A stretch of DNA of 64,000 nt from IMG/VR virus record IMGVR_UViG_3300046786_000293, positions 192,001-256,000 of that record; one strand, written 5' to 3'. Source of the stretch: a virus. Lineage: Duplodnaviria > Caudoviricetes. The notes beneath the pieces are model-generated. The model had not been told where the DNA came from, did no database searches, and saw nothing but the letters and a program-made list of their open reading frames with translations. Position numbers and translations under genes: made by a program. How positions within the stretch are numbered: the first letter of the stretch is position 1; every line of letters begins with the position of its first letter. Shown in pieces: positions 59,098 through 64,000 of this stretch.

Positions 59098-59891
59098 AAC
59101 AATCGAAAAGAATTTTAATTATGGGTCTGCCAGGCGCAGGCAAAACATATTTGGCCGAAAGACTAAAAACTCAATTAGAATCTACTGGCCAATCTGTTAG
59201 TTGGTTAAATGCCGACGAAGTGCGTCGACATTTCAATGACTGGGACTTTAGCAAAGAAGGCCGTATTAGACAAAGTTTGCGTATGCGTGAACTAGCAGAT
59301 GACGCTAATACAGACTATTGTATTGTAGACTTTGTTGCGCCTTTAATCGAAATGCGTAATAACTTTAAAGCAGACTGGACTATTTGGATGGATACCATCG
59401 ATAAAGGTCGATTTGAAGATACCAACAAAGTTTTTACGGCGCCTGAATTATATGATTTTCGCATTACTGAACAAAATGCAGAAAAGTGGGCAGACTTCAT
59501 CGCACAGCACATAATCGATAATCGACGTCGTTCTGTATTCGATTGGCAAAAAGAAACAGTACAAATGTTAGGACGCTGGCAACCTTGGCATGCAGGCCAT
59601 CGAGCATTGTTTGAACGTGCAATTAGAAAAACTGGTCAGGTAGTTATTCAAATACGTGACTGCCAAGGATGGCAAGGTTCCAATCCCTTTGCCATTGAAC
59701 AAGTTAAAAACTTTATTCGTAGAGACCTGGATCCGATTTATCAAGGCCAATATGAAATTCAAGTTGTGCCAAACATTGTTAACATAACATATGGACGCGA
59801 TGTTGGATACAAAATTGAACAAGAGACATTCGACGAATCTGTTACTAGCATTAGCGCAACTAAAATTCGAAAAGAACTTGGTCTAAAATGA
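59094..59891 (+). CDS. adenylylsulfate-kinase-like domain fused to an HxGH nucleotidyltransferase domain
   Basis: GLPGAGKT, WLNADEVR..DWDFS.EGR, DFVAP (APS kinase-like), then GRWQPWHAGH. Confidence 0.8.
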   Translation: MKQSKRILIMGLPGAGKTYLAERLKTQLESTGQSVSWLNADEVRRHFNDWDFSKEGRIRQSLRMRELADDANTDYCIVDFVAPLIEMRNNFKADWTIWMDTIDKGRFEDTNKVFTAPELYDFRITEQNAEKWADFIAQHIIDNRRRSVFDWQKETVQMLGRWQPWHAGHRALFERAIRKTGQVVIQIRDCQGWQGSNPFAIEQVKNFIRRDLDPIYQGQYEIQVVPNIVNITYGRDVGYKIEQETFDESVTSISATKIRKELGLK

Positions 59892-60112
59892 ACAAGTACC
59901 ATATCAGGTTTAATACCAAACATAACGGTTCTAAATTAGTTTGGCGTATATTCGAGAATGGGGTAGAACATTTGGCAGAGGATGTTCGCTTAATAGGCGA
60001 AACTTTTACAGAATGTACTCATGAGTATGGCGAAACAAAATGGAATATCGCATGCCACGGAAGACTAGTATGGGTCGACAAAGTGGCTGTTATTGTTACA
60101 GGAAAAGATTAA
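59888..60112 (+). CDS. hypothetical protein
   Basis: 74-aa ORF coupled to the upstream gene. Confidence 0.6.
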   Translation: MNKYHIRFNTKHNGSKLVWRIFENGVEHLAEDVRLIGETFTECTHEYGETKWNIACHGRLVWVDKVAVIVTGKD

Positions 60113-60274
60113 ATGATAGAAAAGAAAAACAATTTCATGGACGCTATTAAAGCAGCCCAGTTAGCTAAAACTAAAGTACCACAGAGTAAAACTGCTCAAG
60201 TACAAGAAGCTAAGTTTAAAAATCAAGTACAATCAAACAAACCCACACGTAGAGCAGCAGGTCGTGGCGGATGA
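60113..60274 (+). CDS. 53-aa basic protein ending ...TRRAAGRGG
   Basis: Not in the track. Fills the gap exactly: ATG directly follows the previous TAA, and its TGA overlaps the next ATG. Confidence 0.7.
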   Translation: MIEKKNNFMDAIKAAQLAKTKVPQSKTAQVQEAKFKNQVQSNKPTRRAAGRGG

Positions 60275-60705
60275 AACCAAAACATTTACGTGCTTTTATG
60301 CAAACTGCTCAAACGTTTGCGGAATGCAGTACTGCTGAACGTGCTAAAGTCGGTGCTATTATTGTTAAAGACGACCGCATAATCAGTATTGGTTACAACG
60401 GCATGCCATCAGGTTGGGATAATACTTGTGAGAATGTTATCGGTTACACCAATAACGAACCAGTATTAAAAACCAAACCTGAGGTGCTTCACGCAGAAGC
60501 TAACGCTTTGGCTAAGGTCGCCCGTAGCAGCGAAAGTAGCGAAGGTGCTTATATGTTTATTACATACAGTCCTTGTCTTGATTGTGCCAAATTGATTTAT
60601 CAAAGTGGCATAAAGAAAGTATACTATGGCATACAGTACAGAGATACTACAGGATTGGATTTCTTATCTAGATGTGATATTAAAGTAGAACAATTGGATG
60701 TTTGA
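60271..60705 (+). CDS. dCMP deaminase
   Basis: VGAIIV..DRIISIGYNG, HAEANA and SPCLDC zinc motifs. Confidence 0.93.
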   Translation: MKPKHLRAFMQTAQTFAECSTAERAKVGAIIVKDDRIISIGYNGMPSGWDNTCENVIGYTNNEPVLKTKPEVLHAEANALAKVARSSESSEGAYMFITYSPCLDCAKLIYQSGIKKVYYGIQYRDTTGLDFLSRCDIKVEQLDV

Positions 60706-62374
60706 CATATTTTATACTGGCCCTAAGCCAAATTTATTTGCATTCGAAAAACCAGCAGCCTCTCTAGTAGAGGCTGATGCACTATGCCGAACTGAATATT
60801 TTTGGTATATTAACGGCTTAAACGATTATACTAACTTTGACTTTTGGTGGCGCCCTTCTACATACGAAGCAGACTATACACATGTTTGGCCTAGCCAATG
60901 GCAGCAAAATGGCGGCACAATGCTAGTACCCAAAGGTACAACTGAACATAAATGGCACTGGCACTGCCCCATTAACGATGGACTAGTTCGTAGAGAAAAA
61001 TCAACTGACATCTTCTACATGGATTTCATGAATTCCGGAAGCCGAGATCAATTCGAAGAACTTAAAATACGTTGGCCTAATATTAAATCTACACGCTATG
61101 TATCAGATCATTTAAATGTACTCAAACGCATAGTAAATTTGGCTACTACAGAATATGTTTGGGTCATTAGTAGTGTTTGTGACTATAGTGAATTTGATTT
61201 CACTTGGCATCCGGCACAATGGCATGAAGAAATGATTCATTGTTTTTCTGATGGAGTGCAGGAGCGCGGCGACACGTTTTATATTCACGTAGAATCATTT
61301 AAGCGACAAATGGTTGAACTTGAACTCTTAGATTGGTTCAATGTTATTAATTATTGTAAAGATCAATTAGTCACGAGATTTGAATCCCCTATAGTTGTAT
61401 ACAACGGGGACGATTTAATTTCGGTTATTAAAAACCATAAGTTCGAAACTCCTTACGCATTTTTTGTTAATCATAAAGATACATCTGTCTTCAGAGTTTA
61501 TAATAATTGCTTATGGGCAGAAAAAGACCGCATTGTAGAGAGTTACTCATCTAGTAATGCTGTCTGTGCCGTACCCCGGGATGTAAAGGCATATTTAGAC
61601 AAGCAAATCTACGATTATCCCTACGTAATCACGCCTAAACCAGGGCAAAACGTCTATTACGAAGAGCCTTTAGATGTCGTCTATATAAGCAATGGGGAAC
61701 CAGACGCTGAGCGTTGGTATAATCATTTGTCTGACGTTTTGGATCAAGAGGAAAAAGGTTACCCGAATTTACGATTTACTAATACCCTTAAACGTGTACA
61801 AAATGTCAACGGGCGAATGGCAGCTTATCGCGCAGCAGCAGAGCGCAGCGAAACACCTTGGTTCTTTGCGGTGTTTGCTAAACTAGAAGTTGACATCGAA
61901 TTTGATTGGCGCTGGCAACCAGACTATTTCCAAGAGCCTAAACACTATATCTTCCATGCCCAGAATCCTGTAAACGGGCTAGTCTACGGACACCAAGCAA
62001 TGATTGCTTATAATAAGCGTTTGGTATTGGAAACTATAGAAAGCGGATTGGACTTTACTCTAAGCAAAGCACACGAAGTGGTTCCATTGCTATCAGGCAC
62101 AGCACACTATGACCAAGATGCTTGGACTACGTGGCGTACAGCATTCCGTGAAGTTGTTAAGTTAAAGCATTTTAGTATTGGGCAGCCCAGTGTAGAAACT
62201 GATTTCAGGCTTAAAAAATGGCTAACTGTAGGTAATGGTGAGTTCGGGGAATGGAGTATTCGTGGTGCCGCAGATGCCATTGAATACTATAACGCAGTTG
62301 ACGGTGAGTATGATAAACTAATGCTCAGTTACGAATGGGCCTGGCTCAAACAGTATTATGACGCTAAATACTGA
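60698..62374 (+). CDS. multi-module glycosyltransferase-like protein
   Basis: Repeated MFDIFY / DIFYMDF / DVVYIS modules with TEYFW and DF.W.P..W motifs. The C-terminal module is paralogous to 47066..47983 (NGLVYG, WRTAFREVVKL). Confidence 0.6.
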   Translation: MFDIFYTGPKPNLFAFEKPAASLVEADALCRTEYFWYINGLNDYTNFDFWWRPSTYEADYTHVWPSQWQQNGGTMLVPKGTTEHKWHWHCPINDGLVRREKSTDIFYMDFMNSGSRDQFEELKIRWPNIKSTRYVSDHLNVLKRIVNLATTEYVWVISSVCDYSEFDFTWHPAQWHEEMIHCFSDGVQERGDTFYIHVESFKRQMVELELLDWFNVINYCKDQLVTRFESPIVVYNGDDLISVIKNHKFETPYAFFVNHKDTSVFRVYNNCLWAEKDRIVESYSSSNAVCAVPRDVKAYLDKQIYDYPYVITPKPGQNVYYEEPLDVVYISNGEPDAERWYNHLSDVLDQEEKGYPNLRFTNTLKRVQNVNGRMAAYRAAAERSETPWFFAVFAKLEVDIEFDWRWQPDYFQEPKHYIFHAQNPVNGLVYGHQAMIAYNKRLVLETIESGLDFTLSKAHEVVPLLSGTAHYDQDAWTTWRTAFREVVKLKHFSIGQPSVETDFRLKKWLTVGNGEFGEWSIRGAADAIEYYNAVDGEYDKLMLSYEWAWLKQYYDAKY

Positions 62375-62896
62375 ATGCGTGTCAATGAGATATTAGAAAC
62401 AAGAGATAGGATGTATGAATACATCAAAACGCTCTTACCTACTTGGCCAGACTACGTATTGCGAGATTGGATCTATAATCTAGCACGTGGTGATCATCAG
62501 GCTGGGGCGGGATATGATCCTCAAGATCCAACTTGGGGATTTAACAAAAAAACAATTTTACAAATGATTGCCGGAGAAGGCCTAAGCCCAAATACTAAAT
62601 GGCAATTATATCCTAATTTTGAATTCAAATTAGAAAATCTTCATCCAGACACGCAACGACGAATTAAAGAGCGTGCTGGCGGAACACAAAACCCCTATAA
62701 GGTTCCCAATGACGCAGAGCGTCACGCTACACAAGCTAAGTTAGCACAGCAACAAGGAGGTGTCAGAAGCGAACCAGTAATAGGAAAAATGACACCGCAG
62801 GGTTTCGAATTAATCGAAGGCTGGCACAGAACTGTACAACATTTTAAAATGTATCCAGATGGTTATCGAGCAGCCGCTTGGGTTGCGTCGATGTAA
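62375..62896 (+). CDS. hypothetical protein with ParB/Srx-like C-terminal motif; putative internal head protein
   Basis: MRVNEILE N-terminus; FELIEGWHR motif; late promoter CTAAATA at 62364-62370. Confidence 0.55.
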   Translation: MRVNEILETRDRMYEYIKTLLPTWPDYVLRDWIYNLARGDHQAGAGYDPQDPTWGFNKKTILQMIAGEGLSPNTKWQLYPNFEFKLENLHPDTQRRIKERAGGTQNPYKVPNDAERHATQAKLAQQQGGVRSEPVIGKMTPQGFELIEGWHRTVQHFKMYPDGYRAAAWVASM

Positions 62897-62909
62897 AAAT
62901 AAATACTAA

Positions 62910-64000
62910 ATGTTCATTAATGAAGTAATCACTGAAGCCTTTGACCAACCTTATCCATTTAAATGGGAAAAGGGAGAATTCGGTGACCTGGACGCCTTGG
63001 CGAAATTGGATGACGGAACTTTTCTAAGTATAATGTTTAATCTCGCTGACATGTCAGAAAATGATTGGGGCGTTGAATTTTATAGAAACAACAGTCAATC
63101 AGTTACTGGAGAGGGTGACGCTCAACGAGTATTTGCTACCGTACTAACTGCAATCGGGCAATTTATAAAAAAGAAAAAACCCAATACTCTATTTTTTACA
63201 GCAGTAAAAGAAGAAGATCCCACTGGCAGTAGAGAAAAACTATACGATAGACTAGTTCAAAGATATGCCGATGGATTAGGGTACAACCTACAAAAGGTTG
63301 AATATCCTGAACAAACAGGGTATAAGTTAACACGCAAAGAACAAAAAGAGTTAACCGAAAGTCTAAGTCGTGTAGCATACCACTACACTAGCACTATGCC
63401 TGCTCTTAAGATACTAAAGTCAGGCGAATTCCAATTAAGTTCTGCTTTAGGTAGTGTTGAACAACAATATATGCCACAAGGCCGCCCTTACTTTATGAGT
63501 GCTACTAGGACGTTAACTGGCGGGTATCATCATATGTCTGCTGGCCGTCGTGGTGTGCTGTTTGTACTAGACGGCGATTGGTTTAATCAACGATATAAAA
63601 GTGGCCCGATTGATTATTGGGAAAATAGAGGCAAACTACACTACGGTCGCCCAAGCGAAGCCGAAGATAGAATTTATAGCAAAGAGCCTACTATACCAAT
63701 TGGTGGCGTAGCAGCCGTTCATGTATTCCTTAACGTAGAAGACGAAGACAAAGACAGCGAACAGGTTGCTCATGATCGATCTGTTGTTCGAGAATTATTA
63801 ATCGCCGCAAAGGTTAGTGGTATCCCTGCATATTTTTATAACAACAAAGATGCTTGGTTAACACTAGATACACGTAAGACCGCAGATATTAGTCAACTAA
63901 CTGGTAGTCGCAAACCTAGTTGGTATCGCCCAATGCGTCGTCGTAGTTATATGCAAAACTGGCTAGAACTAATGCAAGCCAATGCACAAAATCAATTAAG
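62910..64000 (+). CDS. multi-domain protein (partial) with an ADP-ribosyltransferase-like second domain; putative internal head protein
   Basis: Not in the track because it runs off the end. Manual translation: MFINEVITEAFDQPYP...LTESLSRVAYHYTS...ILKSGEFQLS...MSATR...EAEDRI..., with no stop before 64000. ATAAATA at 62899-62905. Confidence 0.7.
   Translation, partial: MFINEVITEAFDQPYPFKWEKGEFGDLDALAKLDDGTFLSIMFNLADMSENDWGVEFYRNNSQSVTGEGDAQRVFATVLTAIGQFIKKKKPNTLFFTAVKEEDPTGSREKLYDRLVQRYADGLGYNLQKVEYPEQTGYKLTRKEQKELTESLSRVAYHYTSTMPALKILKSGEFQLSSALGSVEQQYMPQGRPYFMSATRTLTGGYHHMSAGRRGVLFVLDGDWFNQRYKSGPIDYWENRGKLHYGRPSEAEDRIYSKEPTIPIGGVAAVHVFLNVEDEDKDSEQVAHDRSVVRELLIAAKVSGIPAYFYNNKDAWLTLDTRKTADISQLTGSRKPSWYRPMRRRSYMQNWLELMQANAQNQL

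Noticed and set aside
460-63378. Numerous short antisense or overlapping ORFs in the track (for example 954..1256, 10577..10921, 27503..28087, 41904..42332, 56335..56862, 63196..63378)
   Set aside because: They lie within well-supported genes on the opposite strand or in another frame and show no motifs. Treated as shadow ORFs.
1-64000. Stop-codon reassignment, as seen in some jumbo phages
   Set aside because: Genes tile the window densely under the standard code, including a 4450-aa ORF, with no fragmentation at TAG or TGA.
1-64000. tRNA, rRNA or integrase genes
   Set aside because: The only sizeable non-coding gap (7029-7473) has no cloverleaf or T-loop GTTC pattern, and no recombinase motifs were seen.

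Overview
64 kb of an AT-rich genome from a large (jumbo-type) myovirus distantly related to T4. From left to right: (i) head genes on the minus strand (gp22-like scaffold, gp21 protease, an acidic protein, gp20 portal, tape-measure-like protein); (ii) a plus-strand gp26/gp51-like tail-assembly gene pair joined by a canonical T-TTT-TTC -1 slippery site; (iii) a roughly 450-nt highly structured non-coding stretch directly downstream of a minimal GIY-YIG nuclease gene; (iv) a gp55-like late sigma / gp47 / gp46 module interleaved with accessory modification enzymes, where the sigma gene apparently starts at ATT; (v) a baseplate and tail-fibre operon including a 4450-aa protein; (vi) a roughly 17-kb modification cluster (glycosyltransferase-like proteins, five tandem radical SAM enzymes with N-terminal SPASM-like Cys motifs, SGNH proteins, a 33-aa peptide, a carbamoyltransferase, an APS-kinase/nucleotidyltransferase fusion, dCMP deaminase); (vii) putative capsid-internal proteins, including an ADP-ribosyltransferase-like one truncated at the window end. 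Both sigma70-type promoters and T4-late-like (N)TAAATA promoters are visible, and several of the latter would give nearly leaderless mRNAs. No tRNA, rRNA, CRISPR array or integrase was recognised. All family assignments come from motif recognition by eye, without database searches.
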